From an uncultured Candidatus Saccharibacteria bacterium (GTDB lineage Bacteria; Patescibacteriota; Saccharimonadia; Saccharimonadales; JALRHH01): 64,000 nucleotides of DNA. Below the pieces are notes generated by a model. The model did no database searches and was not told where the DNA came from. It saw nothing but the letters and a program-made list of their open reading frames with translations. Every line of letters starts with the position of its first letter. Position 1 is the first letter of the stretch. The stretch is taken from assembly GCA_964590315.1 (NCBI GenBank), contig CAZPVS010000003.1, forward strand, positions 16,699 to 80,698. The letters run 5' to 3'. Below are positions 35,943-44,740 of this stretch, piece after piece. Position numbers and translations under genes: made by a program.

Positions 35943-38708
35943 CTACGAACAACCTGTTGTAGAACCACAACTGGTACAGACATAACAGCTTCCTGCTTTT
36001 TGCGTTTGATTACCGCAGTTGTAGCAAAGAGGAGCTGTATTATCCGCCTTCGTAGCTTTTGCTGGCTGCGCGTCGGATGGGGTCCGCGGAGATTCTTCTT
36101 GCACAACCGTGGGTGTGGTTTCCGAAGCAGCCACCGATGTCACAACCTCATCAAGTAAGCTCGTTTGCTCTTCTGGCATGTCCTCGATAGAAGCAAGACC
36201 AAGTTCTAAGCGCTCATCAAATGATAAATAACTCAGAGCAAGTCGTTTTGCAACGTAGTCCATGAGAGATGAAGCAGTTCGGATATCTGGATCGTCCGTG
36301 ATACCCGATGGGGCAAATGACATGCTTGTGAACGACTTGACATAGTCCTTAAGCGGTACGCCATATTGTAAGCCGTGGCTCAATGAGATTGCTAGAGCAT
36401 CCATAAAGCCAGCAAGTGTTGAACCCTGCTTAGCGAGCCGCATGAATACTTCACCCGGACGTCCGTCGTCATACTCACCAACAGTTAGATAGCCATGACT
36501 ACCGGCGACTGTGAAGGAGAATGTCTTGGAATTACGAGCTTTCGGTAGCGGCGTACGTATAGCACCCTTAACGATGAACTTATCGTTCAGTGATTCAATG
36601 GTAACGTCTTCCTTCTTGTCGCTGCCTTCTTTTTTGGCCATAGAAAGTGGTTGCGCAACCTTACAGTTGTCACGGTAGATAGCTACAGCCTTAAGTCCAA
36701 GCTTCCATGAATCAATATGCAGCTGCTCAACATCTTCTACGGTTGCCGATTCTGGCATGTTTACTGTCTTACTAATAGCACCTGAGATAAACGGCTGTAC
36801 GGCTGCCATCATTTTGACATGACCAAGGTAATGAATCGAGTTATCGCCCATTGAACACGCAAAGACATTCTCATGCTGTTTCTTGAGGTGAGGAGCGTTG
36901 ATTATTGTTTTTTCTACATCGATGTAATTAACAATATCGTCTACTTGCTCCTTGTTGTAGCCAAGCACCTTGAGTGCGCGTGGTACTGTCTGGTTCACGA
37001 TACTCATCGTGCCACCACCGACCAGTTTTTTGACTTTAACAAGCCCGAGGTCTGGCTCAATCCCCGTGGTGTCACAGTCCATCATAAGACCAATCGTACC
37101 GGTCGGAGCCAGCACGGATGCCTGTGAGTTGCGAACACCGTATTGCGTACCTAGTTCTACTGCCTCATCCCAAGAGGTTGCGGCAGCACTAAGTAGCTCT
37201 TCAGAGACAAGTCCTGGATTAATATCATTCACTGCAGCCCGATGCTGCTTGAGAACGCTGAGCATGCCTTCACGGTCTTTGTGAAAGCCACTGAATGGAC
37301 CGACACGATTAGCAATCTTAGCACTTGTAGCATACGCGTGGCCTGTCATGAGGGCGGTAATAGCGGCGGCCTGGGCACGACCTTCTTCGGAATCATATGG
37401 CAGACCCTGGGCCATAAGCAATGCGCCAAGGTTAGCATAGCCAATACCTAACTCACGATATGCCTTTGCATTTTTCGTATTGCTTTCTGTCGGATATTCA
37501 CTGTATCCCACAAGTATTTCTTGGGCAGTGAATATGAGCTCTACGGTGTGCTTGAAAGCCTCGATGTCAAATGAGCCATCCTCTTTGAGGTATCTCAAGA
37601 GATTAATGGATGCTAGGTTACAGGCCGAATTATCAAGGTGCATGTACTCACTACATGGGTTAGAAGCATTGATACGGCCTGCATTCGGGGTTGTGTGCCA
37701 CTTATTAATGGTTGTGTCGAACTGCATACCCGGATCGGCACACTCCCACGCTGCTTCAGCAAATTGGCGGAACAAATCGCGGGCTCGCACAGTCTTAACT
37801 GTCTTACCGGTAGTGACAGCCCGTAAATCCCAATTCTCATCGTTTGTAACCGCGTTCATGAAGTCGTCGCTGACACGAACCGAGTTGTTTGCGTTTTGAT
37901 ACTGTACGGAGAAATTGTCCTTGCCATCAAGACTCATATCAAAACCATTTTCTTGGAGCACTCGAGCCTTGCGTTCCTCAATCGCCTTACACCATATAAA
38001 CTCTTCAACATCTGGATGATCGGCGTTGAGAATAACCATCTTGGCGGCCCGACGAGTTTTACCACCACTCTTGATTGCACCTGCCGAGGCATCCGCGCCT
38101 CGCATAAAACTCAGGGGACCTGAGGCAGTACCGGCGCTCTTACCAAGCTTTTCAGCTGATGAACGGATGGTACTCAAATTGAGTCCAGCACCAGAACCAC
38201 CCTTGAACACCATACCCTCTTCCTTGTACCAGTTGAGAATTGAGGGCATTGTGTCTTCGACCGCCAGAATGAAACAAGCACTTGCTTGCTGCGAGCGGTC
38301 TGGGGCGCCAATATTGAACCACACCGGTGAGTTAAAAGCAGCTCGCTGCGTTGCAAGAATATATTTCAGTTCTTCACGGAAGTCTTCTGCTTCTGCTTCT
38401 GTTTCAAAATAACTTTCTTGCAAACCCTGTCGTGTTACCGTATCGACAACACGGTCGATAAGCTTCTTAAGACTATCTTCACGTTCTTTTGTTCCAGGGG
38501 TGCCCGAAAAGTACTTTTGCGCAACAATATTGATAGCGTTCAGGGACCAACCTTCAGGAAAGTCCACGCCGAGCTGTTCAAAAACAGGCTTACCGGTCAT
38601 GGGGTTCATGATAACCGAGTCTCTTTTTACCCATTTCAGTTGATCGTATGCTTTGCTTTTAGGGGGCGTAAATAAACGCCTGCGTCCCAGGATGGTGTTT
38701 TGTCCCAT
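35943..38708 (-). CDS. nrdJ: Adenosylcobalamin-dependent (class II) ribonucleotide reductase
   Basis: FNSPVWFNIG, ACFILAVEDTM and ASNPCSEYMHLDNSACNLASINL (active-site Cys loop of B12-dependent RNRs). The C-terminal zinc ribbon is CYNCGNQTQKAGSCYVCTSCG. A GAGGG Shine-Dalgarno precedes the ATG. Confidence 0.9.
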   Translation of the reverse strand: MGQNTILGRRRLFTPPKSKAYDQLKWVKRDSVIMNPMTGKPVFEQLGVDFPEGWSLNAINIVAQKYFSGTPGTKEREDSLKKLIDRVVDTVTRQGLQESYFETEAEAEDFREELKYILATQRAAFNSPVWFNIGAPDRSQQASACFILAVEDTMPSILNWYKEEGMVFKGGSGAGLNLSTIRSSAEKLGKSAGTASGPLSFMRGADASAGAIKSGGKTRRAAKMVILNADHPDVEEFIWCKAIEERKARVLQENGFDMSLDGKDNFSVQYQNANNSVRVSDDFMNAVTNDENWDLRAVTTGKTVKTVRARDLFRQFAEAAWECADPGMQFDTTINKWHTTPNAGRINASNPCSEYMHLDNSACNLASINLLRYLKEDGSFDIEAFKHTVELIFTAQEILVGYSEYPTESNTKNAKAYRELGIGYANLGALLMAQGLPYDSEEGRAQAAAITALMTGHAYATSAKIANRVGPFSGFHKDREGMLSVLKQHRAAVNDINPGLVSEELLSAAATSWDEAVELGTQYGVRNSQASVLAPTGTIGLMMDCDTTGIEPDLGLVKVKKLVGGGTMSIVNQTVPRALKVLGYNKEQVDDIVNYIDVEKTIINAPHLKKQHENVFACSMGDNSIHYLGHVKMMAAVQPFISGAISKTVNMPESATVEDVEQLHIDSWKLGLKAVAIYRDNCKVAQPLSMAKKEGSDKKEDVTIESLNDKFIVKGAIRTPLPKARNSKTFSFTVAGSHGYLTVGEYDDGRPGEVFMRLAKQGSTLAGFMDALAISLSHGLQYGVPLKDYVKSFTSMSFAPSGITDDPDIRTASSLMDYVAKRLALSYLSFDERLELGLASIEDMPEEQTSLLDEVVTSVAASETTPTVVQEESPRTPSDAQPAKATKADNTAPLCYNCGNQTQKAGSCYVCTSCGSTTGCS

Positions 38709-38845
38709 AGTACCCTCACTTATAGGTTTAATGATTGTTTTGTTGTTTGTTTAGAGTTCGCGGGTCTCTCTCGAGCTTATGTAAGAACCAAGTTTTTATG
38801 ATTCATCTAGAAACTCTTTTCCGCTTAGCTCCCCTCGACTCTGGT

Positions 38846-38871
38846 ATGAAAAACGGTGGAGTACTTCCACC
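38846..38871 (-). terminator. Terminator-like hairpin between nrdR and nrdJ
   Basis: Minus strand reads GGTGGA-agtac-TCCACC followed by GTTTTTC. It is nested inside a longer possible stem AGCTCCCC...GGGGAGCT (38827-38887). Confidence 0.45.
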
Positions 38872-38900
38872 AGAAGCGGGGGGAGCTATTAAGACTATTT

Positions 38901-39374
38901 TTACGTCTTAACACTCCCTGTTTTTCTTTCGCGAATTTGGATTAGTTCGCGTTCAAAGCCAGCTATATCCTTGAAGCGTCGATAAACACTTGCGAACCGG
39001 ACATAGGCAACTTCATTTAATACTGCAAGCCGTTCCATCACTATTTCTCCAACTTTCGAGCTCGCTACTTCTTGATCGCCGCATGCATGAATGGTTTGTT
39101 CAATATCGCTGACTAATCTTTCGAGTTGGAGGCTGGTAACAGGTGTCTTTTCTGCTGCTCGATACAGACCAGCTAATAGCTTCTCGCGATTAAACAGCTC
39201 CCTATTGCCATTGTTCTTAACGACGATTATCTGAGGTCGCTCAACCCGTTCATACGTCGTGAAGCGATGGTGGCACTGTTCACATGATCTCCGTCGTCGA
39301 ATTGCTTCTCCGTCAGTGACATCTCGAGATTCTATAACTTTAGTATCGGCATGCTGACATTGGCTACATTTCAT
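38901..39374 (-). CDS. nrdR: Transcriptional repressor NrdR
   Basis: MKCSQCQHADTKVIESR....RRRRSCEQCHHRFTTYE is the zinc ribbon, followed by an ATP-cone. The ATG at 39374 has a GGAGG 5 nt upstream. The GTG at 39380 listed in the ORF track abuts that Shine-Dalgarno and is unlikely to be used. Confidence 0.9.
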   Translation of the reverse strand: MKCSQCQHADTKVIESRDVTDGEAIRRRRSCEQCHHRFTTYERVERPQIIVVKNNGNRELFNREKLLAGLYRAAEKTPVTSLQLERLVSDIEQTIHACGDQEVASSKVGEIVMERLAVLNEVAYVRFASVYRRFKDIAGFERELIQIRERKTGSVKT

Positions 39375-39470
39375 ACACACCTCCTTTGTCTGTATCGGTA
39401 TACTCCGCGGAGAATACTTGAATAGACAAATTATGTATTCATTTTGAACGTACCAGTGCTATAAGCTAAT

Positions 39471-39486
39471 CCCCATATATAGCGCT
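39471..39486 (-). promoter_or_regulatory. Weak NrdR-box-like AT-rich element upstream of nrdR
   Basis: Minus strand GCGCTATATATGGGGA matches about 11 of 16 positions of the NrdR box consensus acaCwAtATaTwGtgt. It is only one copy and an imperfect palindrome. Confidence 0.2.
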
Positions 39487-39544
39487 TGTAGTTATAAGCA
39501 TAGCCCCACCCATGGCGTTTTGCAAGTAAATAACGGTGTATTAT

Positions 39545-40873
39545 TTACTTGTCTTTTTCTTCGGTAGAATCGTCTTTTTTATCAGCGGATTCTGTCTGAC
39601 CGCGCAGTTTTTTAAGCCGGCGCAAAAATGAAGGTTTTTCTAGCTCTTCATCGTCATGCTCAAAGAGATTTCCCACTACCGGTTCGGTCGGAGTTTGATG
39701 CTCATGTTTTTGAGAATCCTCTTCGTTTGAGTCGATGGACCAGATATTAGGCAATGGAGCATCAGAGTTGAATCCATCTCTGTCTTCTTTACCTGATTCT
39801 AAATTAACGTCCATGTCTTTCATGAGACTATCTTCCACCTTTGTCTCAGAAGATGGTACGGTGACGGCAGATGCTGATTCTACGTTCTGTTGTTGGGGCG
39901 CACGTTCCTGAAAATATGAAGCATCAAAGCCCGTTGCGACAACGGTAATGATGACCTCTCCCTCGAGCTCAGGGTTGATAGTCGCCCCAAAAATAATATT
40001 GGCATCAGGGTCTGCAGCGGTGGTGATTGTCTCTGCGGCAACATTAATTTCATGCATGGACATGTCCATGCCGCCGATAACGTTAAAGAGTACGCCACGG
40101 GCACCATCTATGGAAACTTCAAGCAGTGGTGATTCTACGGCTTGCTGAGCAGCCTTCACTGCTCGGTCCTCACCAGAGGCGCGACCAATACCCATAAGGG
40201 CAGACCCGGCATTGCTCATGACGGCTTTGACATCCGCAAAGTCCAGGTTGATGAGACCATGTACCGTAATCAAATCAGAGATCCCCTGCACGCCTTGACG
40301 CAATACATCATCCGCTACCTTAAATGCTTCGAGAAGTGGTGTTGAACGGTCAATAGTCTGTAGGAGACGATCGTTCGGAATAACTATCAAGGTGTCTGCC
40401 GCACTCCGCAGATTCGCTACGGCCGCCTCAGCGTTACGGCGTCGTTTATCACCTTCGAATGCAAATGGTTTTGTTGCGAATCCTACAACAAGTGCTCCTG
40501 CCTCTTTCGCTGCTTCTGCCACTACGTGACCAGCGCCACTGCCGGTACCGCCACCGGCACCAAGCGTAATGAACACCATGTCGGCACCAGATACTACTTT
40601 TTTAATCTCGTCGATAGATTCCAGTGCGGCACGCTCACCCACAACAGGATCAGCACCTGCGCCTAGACCCCGCGTTGTATCACTGCCAATATGGATTTTA
40701 ACTTGTGCTTCGGAGAAATGAAGTGCCTGGGCATCAGTATTAATGGCGATGAACTCTACGTTTTCTACCCCCGCTTCAATCATACGGTTAACCGCGGCAC
40801 CACCAGCACCCCCCACACCAATAACCTTAATACGCGCAAACGTTTCGATAGCCGGTGCAACTTGTTGTGGCAT
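39545..40873 (-). CDS. ftsZ: Cell division GTPase FtsZ
   Basis: [42 protein letters not shown] and [11 protein letters not shown], followed by an acidic disordered C-tail. Confidence 0.95.
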   Translation of the reverse strand: MPQQVAPAIETFARIKVIGVGGAGGAAVNRMIEAGVENVEFIAINTDAQALHFSEAQVKIHIGSDTTRGLGAGADPVVGERAALESIDEIKKVVSGADMVFITLGAGGGTGSGAGHVVAEAAKEAGALVVGFATKPFAFEGDKRRRNAEAAVANLRSAADTLIVIPNDRLLQTIDRSTPLLEAFKVADDVLRQGVQGISDLITVHGLINLDFADVKAVMSNAGSALMGIGRASGEDRAVKAAQQAVESPLLEVSIDGARGVLFNVIGGMDMSMHEINVAAETITTAADPDANIIFGATINPELEGEVIITVVATGFDASYFQERAPQQQNVESASAVTVPSSETKVEDSLMKDMDVNLESGKEDRDGFNSDAPLPNIWSIDSNEEDSQKHEHQTPTEPVVGNLFEHDDEELEKPSFLRRLKKLRGQTESADKKDDSTEEKDK

Positions 40874-41012
40874 GCCTTGATTTCCTTCCTTATGGACGTT
40901 ATACGAATAATACCGTTAGGAAACAGGAGTTATCCATGTTTTCTGAGTAATACATCGTAAACTATGTTATAGGAGGAGTATACCCGATGATGCGCTTGCA
41001 TTCAATTACTGA

Positions 41013-42242
41013 CTAGCGCTTAAACCTGCGGAATAACCCCTCGACCATTCCAAACACACTGGCATTTGGCTGACCACCATTCATCGCATCCGATGGCACA
41101 AGCAGCATATCGAGCATCATAAGACCGACTGAAGCGGCATATGACGGGTCCTGAACGGTATCAATCAGCCCACCCATTGGCTGGAGGGTTCCGACTCGTG
41201 CAGCAAGTTGGAGCTTGTCTTTCGCAAATTCTGCAAGACCGGGCAACTTAGCGGTACCACCGACGAGCACCACTCCTCCTGGGAGTTTCCGTGAACGATG
41301 AATTTTCTTCAGTTCTTTGTCAACGAGTTCGAGTAGTTCTTCTATACGCGCTTCTGTGATGAGATGTACATCATCGGCAACGAACTCGTGCTTTGTTCCA
41401 GCGACCTCCACAGTCATAGTACCGCTTGGTCGATCCGAGGCAAGACTTGCATGCTTCAATTTTACGTGCTCAGCAACATCAAGGTCTGTTTTCAATCCGA
41501 TTGCCAAATCATTTGTAACATTGATACCCCCGACAGGTAATACGGCCACGTGTTGCACCTCGCCATCCTCAATCACCACAATATTCGTCGTACCAGCCCC
41601 GATGTCGAGCAATAAGGTGCCTGATTCTTTTTGTTGGCGGTTCAGTACCGCCTCGGCAGCTGCAAGACTGGACACGGTCCGATGCATGGGGTGGACCTTC
41701 GCTCGTTCCATAACAAGATCGAGGTTTCGTAGATTAGGAGTCGATGCGGTCACGATATGAGTGTCTACTTCGAGCCTTACACCATGCATACCAACTGGGT
41801 CCTTGATATTTTCCTGGCCATCAACACTGTAATTCTTGGCAAAAACTTGGATTATTTCACGATTTGGTGGGAGCTGAACAATAGTTGCAGCCTCTTCCAC
41901 ACGTAAGCGATCGTTGGCGTCTATTTCACGATTAGCGGCACTGATTGCAATAACTCCCTCAGAGTTAATACCTGCTACGTGTGAGCCATTGACATTCACT
42001 GTCGCACTTTGCACATGTACTCCTGACACGCGCTCGGCTTCTGTAACTGCTTGTACAATTGCATCAACAACATCATCAACATGCACAATAGAACCTTTAC
42101 GCATGCCCAAATTAGCGGAGCTACCGTGACCAATCACGGACAGGCGCGTCGGATCCGCTGCGTCTACCATACCCACGACACAGCGAACCATACTAGTTCC
42201 TATGTCGAGTCCGAAATAATGTTGCGATGACTGATCGCGCAT
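41013..42242 (-). CDS. ftsA: Cell division protein FtsA
   Basis: FGLDIGTSMVRCVVG, LLLDIGAGTTNIVV and GGVVLVGGTAKLPG are actin-fold phosphate and adenosine motifs. The ORF is open to 42278, but MRDQSS (42242) is the first ATG. Confidence 0.88.
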   Translation of the reverse strand: MRDQSSQHYFGLDIGTSMVRCVVGMVDAADPTRLSVIGHGSSANLGMRKGSIVHVDDVVDAIVQAVTEAERVSGVHVQSATVNVNGSHVAGINSEGVIAISAANREIDANDRLRVEEAATIVQLPPNREIIQVFAKNYSVDGQENIKDPVGMHGVRLEVDTHIVTASTPNLRNLDLVMERAKVHPMHRTVSSLAAAEAVLNRQQKESGTLLLDIGAGTTNIVVIEDGEVQHVAVLPVGGINVTNDLAIGLKTDLDVAEHVKLKHASLASDRPSGTMTVEVAGTKHEFVADDVHLITEARIEELLELVDKELKKIHRSRKLPGGVVLVGGTAKLPGLAEFAKDKLQLAARVGTLQPMGGLIDTVQDPSYAASVGLMMLDMLLVPSDAMNGGQPNASVFGMVEGLFRRFKR

Positions 42243-42279
42243 GCAAGCAGTATACCGCTTAAGGATTGAGAGAAGCAAG

Positions 42280-43032
42280 CTAAAGTGTCGTTAAGATCTC
42301 AGCACCATTATCAGTAATCAGAACTGTGTGTTCAAAATGCGCCGCGAACGAGTCATCTTGTGTCAAAATTGTCCAATCATCTTGAGCGATATACACTTTG
42401 TCCGTCCCTAGAGTTGCCATAGGCTCTATAGCTATCGTCATTCCAGACTTAAGCATATCTCCACTGTTGGCTTTGCCATAATTCGGAATGTTCGGATCTT
42501 CGTGTAATTCATGGCCTACCCCGTGACCAACTAAATCACGAACAATGCCGTATCCACCCGTGCGTAATACCGTTTCAATGGCGTTGCCGATTGTCCCTAT
42601 CCGCACCCCATCTCGCACAGCATCAATACCGGCATACATTGACCGTTCAGTAGTTGCCACCAAGTCATGAACACGCCGAGGGGCGTCTCCTACTACGACA
42701 CTCGTGGCAGCATCGGTAATCATACCCCTGTATAAAACACCAAAATCCATACTCACTATATCACCGTTGTTTATCTCTTTTGTTGTACGAGGGATACCAT
42801 GCACAACTTCGTTATTAACGGATACACAGAGTACATCTGGGAACCCCTGATAGCCTAAGAATGCTGGTTTTCCGCCCAGTTTATCAAGCTCTCTCCGTGC
42901 CTCATCCGCTAAGTCCTGGGTGGTCATATTGGCACTAATGACGGTACGTAGGTGTGCAAGTACTGTAGCAAGCATCTTGCCGCTTTCGCGCATTGCGGTA
43001 ATTTCATCAGTGGTCTTAATCTTGGTGTACAT
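42280..43032 (-). CDS. map: Methionine aminopeptidase type I
   Basis: VCVSVNNEVVHGIP, DIVSMDFG, GHGVGHELHE and MTIAIEP are the metal-ligand motifs. Confidence 0.92.
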   Translation of the reverse strand: MYTKIKTTDEITAMRESGKMLATVLAHLRTVISANMTTQDLADEARRELDKLGGKPAFLGYQGFPDVLCVSVNNEVVHGIPRTTKEINNGDIVSMDFGVLYRGMITDAATSVVVGDAPRRVHDLVATTERSMYAGIDAVRDGVRIGTIGNAIETVLRTGGYGIVRDLVGHGVGHELHEDPNIPNYGKANSGDMLKSGMTIAIEPMATLGTDKVYIAQDDWTILTQDDSFAAHFEHTVLITDNGAEILTTL

Positions 43033-43576
43033 CAGTAAGCCCTGTGGAAGCTATCGCTCGCACGATGTCCTCGTGAATCGCTTCTACTTCACCTTCGCCA
43101 TTAACTTCAAACACCGGTACGCCACTCTCCTTAAACTCTGCAATGATTGGTTGCGTGGCTAGTTCATATTCACGGAACCGTTCCAGAATAACCGCCTTCT
43201 GATCATCTTGACGGCCACGAGACAGCAGGCGCTCTAATACTACCTCTTCAGAGGCCTGTAAGTGTATGACAGCCGTAATGTGTAACTGGCCATGCTTACG
43301 TTGAGTCAATAACCAGTCGGCTTGCGCTACGGTACGGGGAAAGCCATCCATAACAAACTCATGGTGCGTATCAACAATACGAAATATCTTTTGAACTAGC
43401 GAAATAATTTCCGCATCATCGAGTAATTTTCCTTCAAGCATCTGCCGTCGGCGCTGACCGCTTATAAGCATTCGGAGAAACTCACCCGTGGAAAGCCATG
43501 GATAGCCGAGTCGATCCGCAAGTAAACGACCCTGTGCGCTTTTGCCGGAACCGGCAACGCCCATAAATACAATCAT
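43016..43576 (-). CDS. adk: Adenylate kinase (short, lid-less form)
   Basis: P-loop GVAGSGKSAQ, FVMDGFPRTVAQADWL and RLLSRGRQDDQKAVILERFREY. It sits in the classical position next to map. The P-loop deviates from GxPGxGKGTQ. Confidence 0.7.
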   Translation of the reverse strand: MIVFMGVAGSGKSAQGRLLADRLGYPWLSTGEFLRMLISGQRRRQMLEGKLLDDAEIISLVQKIFRIVDTHHEFVMDGFPRTVAQADWLLTQRKHGQLHITAVIHLQASEEVVLERLLSRGRQDDQKAVILERFREYELATQPIIAEFKESGVPVFEVNGEGEVEAIHEDIVRAIASTGLTDVHQD

Positions 43577-44037
43577 GTTGAGGCGATCCTCGCTTTCACA
43601 GCTGCTGCTATACGAGCACCGTCAGCACCGGAACCAGCAAGCATCTTCACCTTGCCTATAGCCTGACCCATCCGTTCTTTCGTAATACCACCTAGCTCTT
43701 GCTCGACAACGGCAACAAACGAAGCTATTTCTTCATCAGTGGCTTGGGCGGGCAGATACTGTTCGATCACTCGTTTCTCGGCCAGTTCGGAATCAGCCTT
43801 CTGATGATTACCCCCCTGCTTGTAGAGATCGGCACTTTCTTGACGTTTTTTGGCTTCTTTTGAGAAAAGGTCAATGATCTCAATGTCGCTTAGACCCGTA
43901 TCACGGATGCCCTTTGCCACTTCAGCATACAAAATAGCACTCTTTAGGCCTCTAAGGGTAGTGGTCAGCTCTTTATCACCACTGAGCATAGCGGTTTTTA
44001 AATCGCGAGTTAGTTGGTCTTTAATATTCATCCCCAT
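43573..44037 (-). CDS. GatB/YqeY domain protein
   Basis: MNIKDQLTRDLKTAMLSGDKELTTTLRGLKSAILYAEV...EQYLP is the typical YqeY N-terminus and length. Confidence 0.8.
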   Translation of the reverse strand: MGMNIKDQLTRDLKTAMLSGDKELTTTLRGLKSAILYAEVAKGIRDTGLSDIEIIDLFSKEAKKRQESADLYKQGGNHQKADSELAEKRVIEQYLPAQATDEEIASFVAVVEQELGGITKERMGQAIGKVKMLAGSGADGARIAAAVKARIAST

Positions 44038-44065
44038 AAGTGTACCAGAGATTTCACCCCTGATA

Positions 44066-44094
44066 CAAATGAAAAGGACCCGCTATCGGGTCCC
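44066..44094 (-). terminator. Rho-independent terminator directly after rpsU
   Basis: Minus strand reads GGACCCG-atag-CGGGTCC followed by TTTTCATTTG. Confidence 0.65.
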
Positions 44095-44099
44095 TTTCA

Positions 44100-44315
44100 T
44101 TACTTGCCGCCTAGTTTGATCTTCTTGATCTTTATGCTTTTACGCTCTCGACGGATGATTGCTTTCTCGCGACGATCACGCTTGCTGAGCGGCTTTTCGA
44201 AGTACTGTGCTTGTTTAGCGGCAGTAATAACACCAGCCTGCTGAACTTTACGCGTAAAGCGACGCAGCAAATTTTCTGTAGATTCTTTAGAATCTTTACG
44301 GGTTACTTGTATCAT
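44100..44315 (-). CDS. rpsU: 30S ribosomal protein S21
   Basis: MIQVTRKDSKESTENLLRRFTRKVQQAGVI...RRERK. A typical basic 71-aa S21. Confidence 0.9.
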   Translation of the reverse strand: MIQVTRKDSKESTENLLRRFTRKVQQAGVITAAKQAQYFEKPLSKRDRREKAIIRRERKSIKIKKIKLGGK

Positions 44316-44353
44316 GCGAACTATTCTATCCTAACAGGGGGAATTTTGCAACA

Positions 44354-44647
44354 TTAGCTGTTGATTTGCTTGTTTTTTTGCGTTATTCGTTGTGACTTCA
44401 ACACTATACTCTGTAATTCTTTAAAGATTGCGAAGTGCTTATTGGTCGAATATATCTTGGTATTACCTTGACGTTCTGATACGAGAAAACCAATTTTCTC
44501 TAGACGCTTAAGTTCTCTCTGGATATTACCCGCATCTTCTTTGATAAGCTTTGCAAGACCCCTTACATGGGTCTTAAAGTCGGGGTATTTGGCATAGACT
44601 ACAATAATCTTGCGTCTCACACGGGATGTAATAAATACGTCTAACAT
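44354..44647 (-). CDS. Small winged-helix (ArsR-like) transcriptional regulator
   Basis: SRVRRKIIVVYAKYPDFKTHVRGLAKLIKEDAGNIQRELKRLEKIGFLVSERQGNTKIYS has a wHTH layout. The ORF is open to 44710. I prefer MLDVF (44647), which leaves a 93-bp divergent promoter region shared with priA. Confidence 0.6.
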   Translation of the reverse strand: MLDVFITSRVRRKIIVVYAKYPDFKTHVRGLAKLIKEDAGNIQRELKRLEKIGFLVSERQGNTKIYSTNKHFAIFKELQSIVLKSQRITQKNKQINS

Positions 44648-44740
44648 AAGCTCTTCTATTGTTATTCGAACAACGTCAAGTATACGGCAGCCCGTCACGT
44701 ATTTCAACACATTTTCGCAACAAGACTTATAATATTAGAT

